Shown here: positions 48,429-59,048 of the stretch, piece by piece
How positions within the stretch are numbered: the stretch's first letter is position 1
How the letters are laid out: the number at the start of each line of letters is the position of its first letter
From: an uncultured delta proteobacterium
GTDB taxonomy: Bacteria; Desulfobacterota; Binatia; UBA9968
Assembly (NCBI GenBank): GCA_963760795.1
Contig: CAVXEP010000030.1
Span: forward strand, 32,001-96,000
Length of the DNA stretch: 64,000 nt
Direction: 5' to 3'
The notes under the pieces: generated by a model
The model's input: only the letters and a program-made list of their open reading frames with translations
The model's database searches: none
What the model was told of the DNA's origin: nothing
Translations under genes and position numbers: made by a program

Positions 48429-49370
48429 ATGTCTATGGACACTGTGAGAGTCGCCTATCGCGACGATGATCGAACTCCGGTCATCTACTGCATCAAAGAA
48501 ATGGGCGCGAAACATTATGGCATCAACGTTGAGGTTTTGAAGATCAAAGATTATGGCGCGTTCGAAGCTTCGCTGTTCAACGATTCAGCCGATGTGTTGA
48601 TCGACCACGTGGAATTTCTTTACGCCGAGGCAACCAAAGGGAAAAAAATTACTTTCTTTTGCGCCCCCCGCATCGTCCGCGGTTTGGATTTGATGGTGCC
48701 CAAGCACGTCGAAAACGTCAGCGAATTCGCCGGCAAGAATATGGCGGTCAGGGATTCGGGCCGGCCTTATACGGTTACGCTCTGGCTGAGGATGATGGGA
48801 TTAGAGGGCAAAGTCGGGGTTCCCATCTTCAAGGATGCGGACGTGGGAAGGTGGGGGCAGTGGAAGAAAGTCGTAAGCGGAGAATGCATCGCTTGCTTTA
48901 TGGATCCCCTGTACCAGGCAGAGCCCTTGAAAGCCGGTTTAAAGTTTCTCCCGGTTCCCGATCTTGCCGCGGTGAGCCATTACGCCCAGGCGTGCACCGC
49001 CGAGTTCGCGCGCAAGAAATCTGCCGTATTAAAAAATTATGTGAAGGCGGTCATTCATGGGATTTGCTGGATGAAGCATCGCAAGCAGGAAGCCATGAAA
49101 GTTGTCACGGGAGAGCCGATGCAGCGGATGAAAATTAGCGATGTCCATGAGATGGAGAAACATTTTGACGCCATTGTCGGCAAGCTGCAGATCAAACCGT
49201 ACCCGACGCCGCAGGCCCTGGCCGCCACCTACGAGATCGCTTGCGAGGAATATGGCGCCGCGAACCTAAATCCACTGGCTCTCTGGGATATGCATTGGGT
49301 TAAGGAGCTTGACGACGAAGGCTTCATCGATGCGCTGATTCGGAGTATGTCTGACCGGAAAGCGCGTTGA
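48429..49370 (+). CDS. NitT/TauT-type substrate-binding-fold protein without signal peptide
   Basis: VRVAY, F.GK.MAV, YVKAVIHGI, KPYPTPQA, C-terminal WDMHWVKELDDEGFIDAL. Confidence 0.7.
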   Translation: MSMDTVRVAYRDDDRTPVIYCIKEMGAKHYGINVEVLKIKDYGAFEASLFNDSADVLIDHVEFLYAEATKGKKITFFCAPRIVRGLDLMVPKHVENVSEFAGKNMAVRDSGRPYTVTLWLRMMGLEGKVGVPIFKDADVGRWGQWKKVVSGECIACFMDPLYQAEPLKAGLKFLPVPDLAAVSHYAQACTAEFARKKSAVLKNYVKAVIHGICWMKHRKQEAMKVVTGEPMQRMKISDVHEMEKHFDAIVGKLQIKPYPTPQALAATYEIACEEYGAANLNPLALWDMHWVKELDDEGFIDALIRSMSDRKAR

Positions 49371-49420
49371 CTTACTTTTTTTCCCAACGATAAGACCAAC
49401 CGGTGATTGAGGGGCAATCC

Positions 49421-50546
49421 ATGGCGACAAATGACGTTTGGGGCGCGCGGGCGGACCAGGTCGGCAGCCTGCTGCGGCCGGATCGCTTGATTGCAGCGCG
49501 CGAGAAGGCAAACGCTGGCCAGATGGAGGCGGTCGAGCTCCGCGCGATGGAGGACGACGCCATTCGGGAAGTCGTTCGCATGCAGGAAGCGGTCGGGTTA
49601 CGGATCGTGACCGATGGTGAGTACCGCCGCGCGAGCTATTCCGATTCATTCACGGCTTCCGGCATTACCGGCGTTGAACTGCGGGAAACCGAGCGCGAGG
49701 GGTGGTCCAAATCGACAAAGTTCGGGTCGCGGACCGCTCGGCTCATTCCGGCCGTCGTCGATCGTCTCGAATGGGCCGGCGGCGCCAACGCCAGGGATTT
49801 CGCCTTTCTTCGATCCGTCACCAGCCAGATCCCCAAAATCACCTTGCCTGGACCTGGCTACATCCACTACCGCGCCGGTCGCGCCAACATCAGTCGAAGC
49901 GTCTATCCCGATCTCGACCGCTTCTGGTCCGATCTTGTCGACTGCTACGTGAAGGAATTGCGCTCGCTCGCGGATGTCGGCTGCACGCACCTGCAGATGG
50001 ACGAGACGTCCTTCGTCAAATTGGGCGACGCGAGGGTCCGCGCCATCCTGCGCGATCGCGGCGACGATTGGTCCGACCTTCTCGACCGGTACATCGCGGC
50101 GATGAACGCCATCGCCGAACAGGCGCCGCCGGGCATGAAGCTCGCCGTGCACATCTGCCGCAGCCAGAATCCCAATTGGCAGGCCAACGCCAGCTACGAC
50201 CCGATCGCCGAGAAGATTTTCAATGCGCTCAAGTTCAACGTGTATTTTCTCGAGTACGACAACGCCAACGCCGGCTCCTTCGAGCCCCTGCGCCTCGTGC
50301 CCCCGGGCAAGCGCGTCGTACTCGGCCTGATATCCACGCGCGTTCCCGAGATCGAGGATATCGATGGCCTGAAACGTCGCGATCGAGGAGGCGAGCGGCT
50401 ATATTCCACTGGCGCAATTGGCGATCGGTCCACAGTGCGGCTTCTCGACTAACCTAATCGAGGGCGTGCATCTCACCAATGAAATTCAGCGCGCGAAATT
50501 GGCACTCGTCGCGGTTGCCGCGCGGGAAATCTGGCCCGGGGGATGA
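49421..50546 (+). pseudogene. MetE-like (YxjH type) methionine synthase II family gene with a 1-nt frameshift near 50380
   Basis: RADQVGSLLRP, VTDGEYRR, HICR, FLEYD; after LKRR the next frame continues IEEASGYIPLAQLAIGPQCGFST...REIWPGG*. Confidence 0.8.
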
Positions 50547-50680
50547 GATCAAGGAGCTCGATTGACGTGGCACTAAAGGCGGTGCGGGCCGTGGGCGTAA
50601 GTTATAAGTAAAGATTTGACCGTATTCCTGATTCGCGACTGAGACTCGGACGCTAATGGACTCAAAGGAGTTGGATCGTA

Positions 50681-51361
50681 ATGGCCGGCGAGACCGAAAG
50701 AGTATCTGATCTACCTTGGGAAGATGGTTTGCTCGAGAGAAAGGTCGAATCGGACCTCAAAGACCTACTTAAAACAATCGTTGCCTTTGCGAACTCGGTT
50801 AAACCGGGACACACGGCATTAATCCTGATCGGTGAAAAGGACGACGGCTCCGCCCAGGGAGTGAAGTCGCCCGACAACATCCAGAAGACCGTGAGAGAAC
50901 ACTGCAATAAAGTTTTTCCACCAATTCTATGGAGGACAGCCGTCTACGAGAAAGCCGGGAAACACTGCGTTCGAGTTGAAATAGAGTACGATGGCGACAC
51001 TCCTCACTTCGGGGACGCAGCCTGGGTGCGCCGCGGATCCTCGACTGAAAAAGCTAGTGATGAAGTGTTTCAGAAACTGATAGAACTTCGACTAAGCAAG
51101 GTCGAAGAACTAGCTCAATGGCTCGGCAAAGAGATTAGCATACAAGGAGATACCGGTGCCTTGCTCGATAAAAGGGTGGGAGTTCAGTACGAAGTTCATC
51201 CGAGGCTCGCGATGGAATCAAAAACAGGCGTTTTAAAGATCGTCAACAAATTTTGGGCCTCTTTTGAAATCGGCGAAGCACGAAAATCCGAGCCGTTAGA
51301 AAAGCTCATATTGACCTGGGACGATGCTAAAAGTCGTTTAAAAATTCTAGTGAGGCCGTAA
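50681..51361 (+). CDS. Schlafen/AlbA_2 domain protein with unknown C-terminal domain
   Basis: EDGLLERK...LLKTIVAFANS...ILIGEKDDGSAQGV...P...WVRRGSSTEKA. Confidence 0.8.
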   Translation: MAGETERVSDLPWEDGLLERKVESDLKDLLKTIVAFANSVKPGHTALILIGEKDDGSAQGVKSPDNIQKTVREHCNKVFPPILWRTAVYEKAGKHCVRVEIEYDGDTPHFGDAAWVRRGSSTEKASDEVFQKLIELRLSKVEELAQWLGKEISIQGDTGALLDKRVGVQYEVHPRLAMESKTGVLKIVNKFWASFEIGEARKSEPLEKLILTWDDAKSRLKILVRP

Positions 51362-51553
51362 AGAGCGATCATGGGACAGAAAAAGGTACCGGGAGTCTTT
51401 TTCGTCCTCTGCTGCAACCAAGTTAGCGGGGATCGCCCCACACCGGTTGAATCTCTGACGTCACCTCGGTGTTAAAAGTAAGTCCGAAATCCGCCGCGAC
51501 GCTTGCCAGCTCGATACCCTCGATACCATTGACTCGGCTTTCACCGGGCCGCG

Positions 51554-52630
51554 CTAACGCGGCGGCAGCGGCCCGGCGCCGGACAGCTTCTTGAGTGTGT
51601 CGATCACTTCAATATCGCGCGGCGTCTCCTGGATAATCTTTGCCATCGCGTCCGGCATGATCAAGTCCGCGCTTTCGCCGGTAAGCTTCTCGTATTCGGA
51701 ATGGAAGTCGCGATCCTGAAAAGCTTGAACGACCGCCTCTTTGAGAGTTTTCACTCGCGCCTGGGGCGTGCCCGGCGGCAAAACATACGGCGAACCGATC
51801 ACTCTGAATGAGCGCCACAACTTGAGGAGCTTAATTTCTTTTTCCGATTTGGCGAAGCTTTCGATCTCAGGCAAGTGGCCAAAGCGCGGGTGTTTGAGCC
51901 CCTTCGGCGCTTCGAGGATCGAGTGGAAATTCATCACGCCTTTTTCTAACCACTCGGGGTTACGCCTGAGCACCGAGGTCGGGTTGTTCGAGCGCGCATC
52001 CAACTCGCCGCGCAGCAGCGCCGCGTCCACCTCTGGAGCTGTATAGCCAGCGATAAATTTGGCATCTTTCATGCCGATCAACTGGGCAAATAGCCGTCCC
52101 GATACATAGGCGACGTGGCCGACCGATTGGGAACCAACCCGGATGCCCGAGGCCGCCCGCAGCTTTTCGATACTGTCGAGGCCGAGTTCTCTCCTCGTAT
52201 AAATGATTTGATGGCTACTGCCTTCCGAGGAGCCGAGATAGATAAATTTATCGACGTCGTACATGACGCCGGACTCACCCATAATTTGCAGCGCGACGAG
52301 ACCGCCACTGAGCGCGCCTAGAGTGAGACCGTCTGGGCGTGCATTGCCGTACATGTAATTGGCCGCTTTCCGTCCACCGCTACCGTCCATGAACTCCAAA
52401 AGGACCGTGGGGTTGCCTGGGATGTATTTGCGCAGAAAGGGAACCAGCGCTCGAACGCGGAAATCAGCCGTGCCACCCGGTGTGCCAGCGACGACCACTT
52501 TCACCGCTTTTCCCTGATAGAACGGAGTCTGCGCGAACGCAGAAAACGGCGTGATCGCCAGTATTCCAACGGCCGTCGTCACAAGCGCCAATACGAACTG
52601 ATAGAGTCTGGGCGCAACACGCATCGACAT
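51554..52630 (-). CDS. Bug/TctC family tripartite tricarboxylate transporter substrate-binding protein
   Basis: FYQGK.V.VVV...PGG..D, KYIPGNPTV, ARPDGLTLG, PPGTP; start uncertain. Confidence 0.85.
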   Translation of the reverse strand: MSMRVAPRLYQFVLALVTTAVGILAITPFSAFAQTPFYQGKAVKVVVAGTPGGTADFRVRALVPFLRKYIPGNPTVLLEFMDGSGGRKAANYMYGNARPDGLTLGALSGGLVALQIMGESGVMYDVDKFIYLGSSEGSSHQIIYTRRELGLDSIEKLRAASGIRVGSQSVGHVAYVSGRLFAQLIGMKDAKFIAGYTAPEVDAALLRGELDARSNNPTSVLRRNPEWLEKGVMNFHSILEAPKGLKHPRFGHLPEIESFAKSEKEIKLLKLWRSFRVIGSPYVLPPGTPQARVKTLKEAVVQAFQDRDFHSEYEKLTGESADLIMPDAMAKIIQETPRDIEVIDTLKKLSGAGPLPPR

Positions 52631-52877
52631 AGGTGCCGGTTGAGGCGACAGTGAAATGCGAAAACTTCCGAACCGTCTAGCTGGCATCATCATTCTCCTC
52701 TGCTGGGCTAGCCGCGCTTCTCCGAAAAGTAACAAAATTCAACCTAGAATGATAGCCGCAGTGATCGCTGAGCGCGAGTTAGCGTACGAGCAAACCGCCG
52801 CCGAAACCGCGAGTGCTCAGTGATTTGAAGGCAGTACGGTTGCTTGAGCCGGCATCGCAGGCTAATCACATCCGAAG

Positions 52878-53273
52878 CTAATCCATCGGTGCTTTACCAC
52901 CCGCCTTGATCTCTTGCCCTTCGGGGCCAAAGCGGGAGTTTTCATAGGTTTCTGCCCTCGTTCCCAAGAATACATAACCCGTGTGGCTCGGCGCTTCCTG
53001 CTGGTAATATTGTCCCTTGGGAATCACGACCAAGACACCAGGAGTAATGGATTGCCGCGTTCCATCCGGGAAGTTTAGCCAGCATTCGCCCTCTAGACCG
53101 TAGAAGGTTTGATCCGCGGTATGTCTGTGCATCGGACCTTTGTCACCCGGAGGGCTATTGTGAATCCAGACATGAGAGGTAGCGGAGTTAAAAAGTAAAT
53201 TGTCATGCTTGCCACGACCGACAATTCCTTTTACAGACGGGTGCTCACTGACATCGATACGCTTAACCGGCAT
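52878..53273 (-). CDS. Cupin domain protein
   Basis: PMHRHTADQTFYGLEGE...VVIPKGQYY; GGAGG RBS. Confidence 0.8.
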   Translation of the reverse strand: MPVKRIDVSEHPSVKGIVGRGKHDNLLFNSATSHVWIHNSPPGDKGPMHRHTADQTFYGLEGECWLNFPDGTRQSITPGVLVVIPKGQYYQQEAPSHTGYVFLGTRAETYENSRFGPEGQEIKAGGKAPMD

Positions 53274-53370
53274 AAACCCCTCCATTGATTATTATTTCCA
53301 TGATGAGCATGGGATGTTCAGGCTTTGCTTATCTGATTTTTGTAGCGATTTCTCCTACCTATCGCGCGAG

Positions 53371-54346
53371 TCACTTCGCGGCGAGGGATTTTGTCGCGGC
53401 GCGGGCATAGGACCAATCACGAACCTTGGAAATATCAGGCACGGCGTCGGGCTTTAACTTGAGGGAAGAGGCGGCAAATTCCATTGCAGTTCTGATTACC
53501 GCGTCATCGACAATCATATTGTCGGGCATGTGGCTGATCAGGAATTCGTAGCTCTTAGCAGCTTCGTCTTCCGGCACTTCGAGATAGCTTTTCAGGAACG
53601 TTATCATTTCGGACTTTCGTTGCTTGACGTCTCGGATTCCTCCGGCGACGCCGCGGAGAACGGCAAGAACCAAATCGCGGTTCGCGGAGAAGTAATCTGG
53701 CAACCCAGAGATTCCGTTCGTTGGATAGCGCACATAATCGGGACCCCAGGCGAGACGATTGTAACCCTGCCGTTCAGGGGCGTAGTTCATCGGGATGATC
53801 ATGAGAGCCGCGTCGACGAACCCCGCCGCCATCGCGCCGCTGCGCGTTTCGCTTCCGCCGACGGCTATGTAAGTCACGTCTCGATCCGGATCGAGACCGC
53901 TGCGCGCCACGATCTCACGGACAACCAAGGTGCTCATGCTACCCAACGAACTCACGGCAATTTTTTTGCCTTTCAAATCATTCATGCTTTTGATCTGCGG
54001 CCGGCCCACTAGAACATAGGGAGCGTTATCAACGTTGACCGCCACGGTGCGAATCGGCAGGCCTCGAACCGAGGCAAGAATCGCGGTTGGGATGATGCTC
54101 ATGAAGTTCAGTTCACCCGCCATAGTTGCCTTGATGATAACATCGCTCTGGCGAATCGTGATCAACTTGACATCCAACCCCTCCCGCTTGAAATGACCTT
54201 GCCTGATGCTCATTTCAAAGGCCAAAGTAGCCATGGTTCTCCCGGTCATTCCGATCGTCACGGGTCGAAGCTTTTGGCAGAAGCCTGACGTAGGTAAGCA
54301 AAGTGCGACCAGAGCGAATGAAAATCACCAGCTCACATCGTTTCAT
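53371..54346 (-). CDS. NitT/TauT-type ABC substrate-binding protein (1-nt frameshift in the signal-peptide region near 54322)
   Basis: GHFKREGLDV, DLKGKKIAVSSLG, GLDPDRDV; ATG 54346 is out of frame by one extra T in a T4 run. Confidence 0.8.
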
Positions 54347-54538
54347 GAAGATATTCCTAATTGGTGATCGTAGCGACTCGCCGACGTCGCGCCGCTGACG
54401 GCAACCTTGCCGTTGTGGGTGGTCGTCGCGAGCAAACTATTTCTAAACGATGTTGAGAGAATCACGCCTCGCATCATCGTTGGCACTCTCCTCGTTGTCC
54501 TCGGCACAATCGCCATCTCGCCGACAAGAGTGTGATGT

Positions 54539-55947
54539 TCACGGCTGGTTCAAGCCGGTTTCGCCTTCCGCCAAATCGTTCATCAGCTCGGCCACGGACG
54601 CGAGTTTTTCTAACGCGCGCGCTTTGCCGATGACTTTATCCTGGCGTGCCGACGGCATTCTCCCACGCGCACAAGCGCGGAATTTGGCCTCGACTTCGGC
54701 CGGCGACATGGGATTGTTGGGATGGCCTTTGGGAAAAATGACCTCGACTTCCCGGCTCTCGCCGCTTTGCAAAATCAGTTTCACCACGGCCGGGTAGCTG
54801 CCGGGCGTGTACTTGTTCAAACTCGCGTCGGTGCGGACCGAGACTCGCGCCATCGCTTCTCTCATTTCGGGTTGCAACCAGCGCCCCGGGGCAAATTGCC
54901 CTTCAGAAATTTCGCCGTCCGAAAGCGCCGCTGCCGCGAGATAGTAGAAGCTATGATCCGCGCTTTCGCGGCTTTCCGGGTAGCGCCGTTGTTGGTCCGC
55001 CGCTTGAGTGCTGACGATCGGGATATCGGCCATCACCACCTCGATGCGCTTAACTTCTCGCGCCGGGTCGGCGATGCCGGCGCGCGCTTGAAGCACGCCG
55101 GCGACCATGGTCTGGGCCGTGCCGATACAGGGATAGGCTTTGATAGCGGAGGTCAGGATGCGATAGCGTTCGCCGATCGGTTGAGCGAGAAGATCCAATT
55201 TTGCCCCAGCGAGCATGCCGGTGCTCAGCCCGCGCGGGTGTTCGATCACCCCTAGTGATCCGGTCACACCCTCGGCGGCAAACAACGAACACAGTACCGC
55301 TTGGGATGCCACCATTGCGTTGGCGTTCGCTTTGGAATTGGCCAGCTGCCCGGTGCGCACGACGGCGAGCGTGTTGCCATGGGTGGCCGACAGCGCCGCC
55401 GCATGGGCAAGCTGCTCCGGGTTCAATCCCATCAGCCGGCCGGCGATCAAAGGCGCCGCCAATGCCGACGCGGTCGTGTGATCCCAGGTGCCGCGAGCCG
55501 GAATGATGTCCTGCATGCGGCAGTAAATCTCGTAGCCGAGCGCTACGCTGGCGATCACGCTCAGCCCTGAGGCGCCAAACTTTTCACCGACGGAAAGCGC
55601 CACCGCGATATTGTCGCTCGGATGGCCCATCTGTCCGGGACCGATGTAGGCATCGTTCAAGTCCAGCGAGCGAATCAAAATTCCATTGAGCAACACGGCC
55701 TGCGGCAGATTAAACCGCCGCGATGAACCGATCACGGTGCAGTCCGGGTTGCCGCCGAGTTGGCAAGCACGCGCGACGCGCGGGCAAATGCCGGCTCCTC
55801 GGTCGCGGCCAAAGCGCAGCCGATGGCGTCAAAAATCAGCGCCTTGGTATGCTCAACGACCTCCAATGGAATTGCCGCAGCGGCAACGCTGAGCACGTTG
55901 CCGGCGATTTGTTGCACCAGGGTAGCTGGTAAATCAGTGCTGGCCAT
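54539..55947 (-). pseudogene. MmgE/PrpD family protein with a 1-nt frameshift near 55763
   Basis: N-terminal part (DAIGCALA) in ORF 55732-55947; the rest (LDLND, GHPSD, IKAYPC, ADHS..Y, PKGHPNNPMS) in ORF 54539-55735. Confidence 0.82.
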
Positions 55948-56231
55948 AGATCACGAAAAGCTTTACTCCGAGTTGGCCCGAGTCGCAACACGCTTTTTCT
56001 GATCGGCGTGCTGCCCCGTTTCCAATTCGAGACTGACACAAAATCTTTGCGAACGGTTACGAAGAGCAAAACCGACAGAAACGTCAAGCTTCAAGACTCG
56101 ACCGCGAAGCTTGCCCCGAAGCTATCCATTACCATTACGTGATGGCGGGTCAATTCATGGCAGCGGTATTTGCACGGAGCAAGAAAGTCGAGAAGTAAAT
56201 GTCTAACCCGGTGATTTCCTCCGTCTTTAAA

Positions 56232-56260
56232 TTGACTACTCACCGGATCAGCGCTATAGC
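56232..56260 (+). promoter_or_regulatory. Putative sigma-70 promoter
   Basis: TTGACT-N17-TATAGC. Confidence 0.5.
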
Positions 56261-56304
56261 TTGCTTCAGAAAAAAGGGTGTTTAAATTAATCTATGGATC
56301 TTTC

Positions 56305-57594
56305 GTGAACAGCTTGTGTCGTCGGGTGCTGGCACTGGCGCTTGCCGGAGCGGCAATCGCTGGCAGCGGCTGTTCGACCATTCTAGCCGTGCGCGAACAG
56401 CAACGGCGCGCGGACCGGAACGCCGTCATCAGTGGGACGGTGACGACCGATCATGAACCGCGGGGTCCTATCATCGTTGGGATCCTGGCCCAGGGTAAGT
56501 CGGGTCCGTTCCTCCTCGACCACTTCGTGACGCAGAAGCCAGGCCCTTGGATCTTTGCCGTAGAGCCCGGGACGTACTGGCTCGCGGCGTTCGAGGACAT
56601 CAACGGCGACGGTCGCTACGACGAAGAACCGGCCCTTCGTTCCGACCCGAACCAGCCCATTGCGCTCGCAAGCGGTCAGAAGCTGGAAGGTGTCAAGCTG
56701 CGTATTCCGTTGCAGGGGCGCTTCACACGCGACAAGTTTACCCTAAGCGACCTCCAGGCCCGCGATACCGCCGACCAGGACCGCGTCAGTGTGTTCGCCC
56801 TCAGTGTGGCCGGCCAGGTGACGACCCTCGCCGATCCGCGCTTCAGCCGCGAGGTTGCCACCAAGGGTATGTGGCAGTTCTACGACTTCCTGCTCGATAC
56901 CCGACCCGGCATCTACTTTCTTCAGGAGTACGATCCGAAAAAAATCCCGGTGCTCTTCGTCCACGGAATCGCTGGGACACCGCTAGACTTCGCGCCGCTG
57001 ATCGACAGGCTGGATCGCACGCGTTTCCAACCTTGGGTCTTCTACTATCCTTCCGGAGCCCGCTTGGAGAGTCTAGCCGCTCTATTGACCCAACTCTTCG
57101 TTCGCCTTCGCGTGCAGTACGGCTTCGACCGGGCGGCGGTCGTCGCGCACAGCATGGGCGGGCTCGTGACACGCGGGTTCTTGCTACAAGACTACGACAC
57201 CAACGCAGCCGATGTTGTACGCGCCTACGTGACGATCTCCTCACCTCTGGGCGGTATGGCCTCGGCCGGCAAAGGCGTGGAGTCGTCCCCGATCGTCGTT
57301 CGTTCGTGGTACGGGCTGGCCCCCGGCAGCGAGTATCTCGACGGACTCTTCTACGAGGACCCGGCCGGAAAGACCAAACGCCGCCGCCTGCCCAAGACCA
57401 TGAGTTATCACCTGCTGTTCGGATTTCGTGGCTCGGGGCCCGACGACGGGATCGTTGCGTTGTCGAGCCAGCTTCGACCAGAGGCGCAAGCGGAAGCTCG
57501 CACGGAGCGTGGCTTCGACGAAACTCACACGAGCATCCTGCAAAGCGCCGCCGTTGCCGATTACTTGAACGAAGTCCTCGCGGCGCTGCGCTGA
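56305..57594 (+). CDS. Lipoprotein alpha/beta hydrolase (PGAP1/lipase-like) with N-terminal beta-sandwich domain
   Basis: Lipobox GSGC, PGTYWLAAFEDINGDGRYD, PVLFVHG, AHSMGG, DDGIV, H..IL; start uncertain. Confidence 0.8.
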   Translation: MNSLCRRVLALALAGAAIAGSGCSTILAVREQQRRADRNAVISGTVTTDHEPRGPIIVGILAQGKSGPFLLDHFVTQKPGPWIFAVEPGTYWLAAFEDINGDGRYDEEPALRSDPNQPIALASGQKLEGVKLRIPLQGRFTRDKFTLSDLQARDTADQDRVSVFALSVAGQVTTLADPRFSREVATKGMWQFYDFLLDTRPGIYFLQEYDPKKIPVLFVHGIAGTPLDFAPLIDRLDRTRFQPWVFYYPSGARLESLAALLTQLFVRLRVQYGFDRAAVVAHSMGGLVTRGFLLQDYDTNAADVVRAYVTISSPLGGMASAGKGVESSPIVVRSWYGLAPGSEYLDGLFYEDPAGKTKRRRLPKTMSYHLLFGFRGSGPDDGIVALSSQLRPEAQAEARTERGFDETHTSILQSAAVADYLNEVLAALR

Positions 57595-57836
57595 CGACGC
57601 CGCGAAGGTGCGGCCATGGACTCGCGGATGGCGCGGCATCATCTTTCCCCATCAAACGTTGGTAGAGTTGGGCAAGTCGGACACATGACAGGACCGACAT
57701 CGTAGATCTTAGAGGCCGCTTTTCGCGCTCAAAAAGGCACGTCTAAGCTCTTATGCGACGCCTTTTATGCTATCTTCTCGCTTGAATTTAAACAGTTGTG
57801 CCGGTCCGATCCGGCGATTTCCCCTGAGGTAGAATC

Positions 57837-58820
57837 ATGCTGCGCTTGACGCTGGCCGCGGGCCACTATGATCGGACGGAGGCGCTCCGTGACGGTCGGG
57901 TGCGGGCAGAGGGCATCGACTTGACCTACATCATGCTGCGCGTGGAGGAAATTTTCTGGCGCATGGCTCAGCACCGCGAGTTCGACGCCTCGGAGTTCTC
58001 CCTGGGTGGGTATGTCGTGCGCCGCGGTCGGGGCGCCGACGACCTGGTCGCGATCCCGGTTTTTCCGTCACGCTTCTTCCGGCAGTCGTGCATCTTCGTC
58101 CACGAGGGCTCGGGCGTCCGCAGCGCGGAGGACCTTCGTGGCAAGCGCGTCGGCGTACCCGAGTACCAGATGACGGCAGCGGTGTGGGCGCGCGGCATCC
58201 TGGCAGACGACTACGGGGTGCGCGCGGCCGACGTTGAATGGGTGCAAGGCGGGCTCGAAGAGCCCGGTCGCATTCCATTCGAGCCCGCCGAGCCCGCGGG
58301 AGTCACGGTTGGCTTCGCGCCCGCGGATCGCTCGCTGGCGCAAATGCTGGAGAGTGGAGAGATCGACGCGCTGGTCACCGCCAGGACGCCCTCGACCTTT
58401 CAACGGAGTGGCACGGCGGTGCGGCGGCTCTTCGAGCACCCGTTCGAGGTCGAGCGCGACTATTTCCGCCGAACTGGCATTTTCCCCATCATGCACACCC
58501 TGGTGGTCAAGAAAGAGATACTCGAGGCCAACCCCTGGGTGGCGTTTACGCTGTTTAAGGCGTTCTCGGAAGCCAAGGATCTGGCGATGGCCGACCTGAC
58601 CCAGACAAGCGCGCTGCCACTCAGTCTACCGTTCCTGATCGAGCACGCCTACCAGACCTCAGACCTGATGGGCGAAGACTTCTGGCCATACGGACTTGAG
58701 AGCAATCGGCACACACTCGAAACGTTCGTACGCTACATGCACGAGCAAGGTCTGATTCCAGAGCCGATGGCGCTCGAAACCCTGTTCCCGGAGAGCACGC
58801 AGCGGACGTTCAGAGTGTGA
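57837..58820 (+). CDS. 4,5-dihydroxyphthalate decarboxylase-like protein (SBP fold)
   Basis: YDRT.AL.DG.V..EG, FDASEFS, IPVFPSRFFR, GVPEYQMTA.VW.RG, GIFPIMH, WPYG.E.NR. Confidence 0.82.
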   Translation: MLRLTLAAGHYDRTEALRDGRVRAEGIDLTYIMLRVEEIFWRMAQHREFDASEFSLGGYVVRRGRGADDLVAIPVFPSRFFRQSCIFVHEGSGVRSAEDLRGKRVGVPEYQMTAAVWARGILADDYGVRAADVEWVQGGLEEPGRIPFEPAEPAGVTVGFAPADRSLAQMLESGEIDALVTARTPSTFQRSGTAVRRLFEHPFEVERDYFRRTGIFPIMHTLVVKKEILEANPWVAFTLFKAFSEAKDLAMADLTQTSALPLSLPFLIEHAYQTSDLMGEDFWPYGLESNRHTLETFVRYMHEQGLIPEPMALETLFPESTQRTFRV

Positions 58821-59048
58821 CGCGAAGCGGAATCGTTACAGCATACAAAGAACGTGGCTATCGGCTCCGCGAAACCGCGGCGCATCCGACGGTGAGACGA
58901 CGACTCAAACTAATGAAGGTGCGAAGCGGGAATGTGTGATGGCAAGACCTGATCCCAGAGCGTTGGTTTTCTATTTTACCGCCGTCTGTGCCAGTAAAAA
59001 TCAAGTTGCGAGCCGGAACTCGGCAACCATGAGGATGGTTAATCAAGG

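Noticed and set aside
56547-57665. 372-aa overlapping ORF
   Set aside because: Arg/Pro-rich alternative frame of the GC-rich hydrolase gene.
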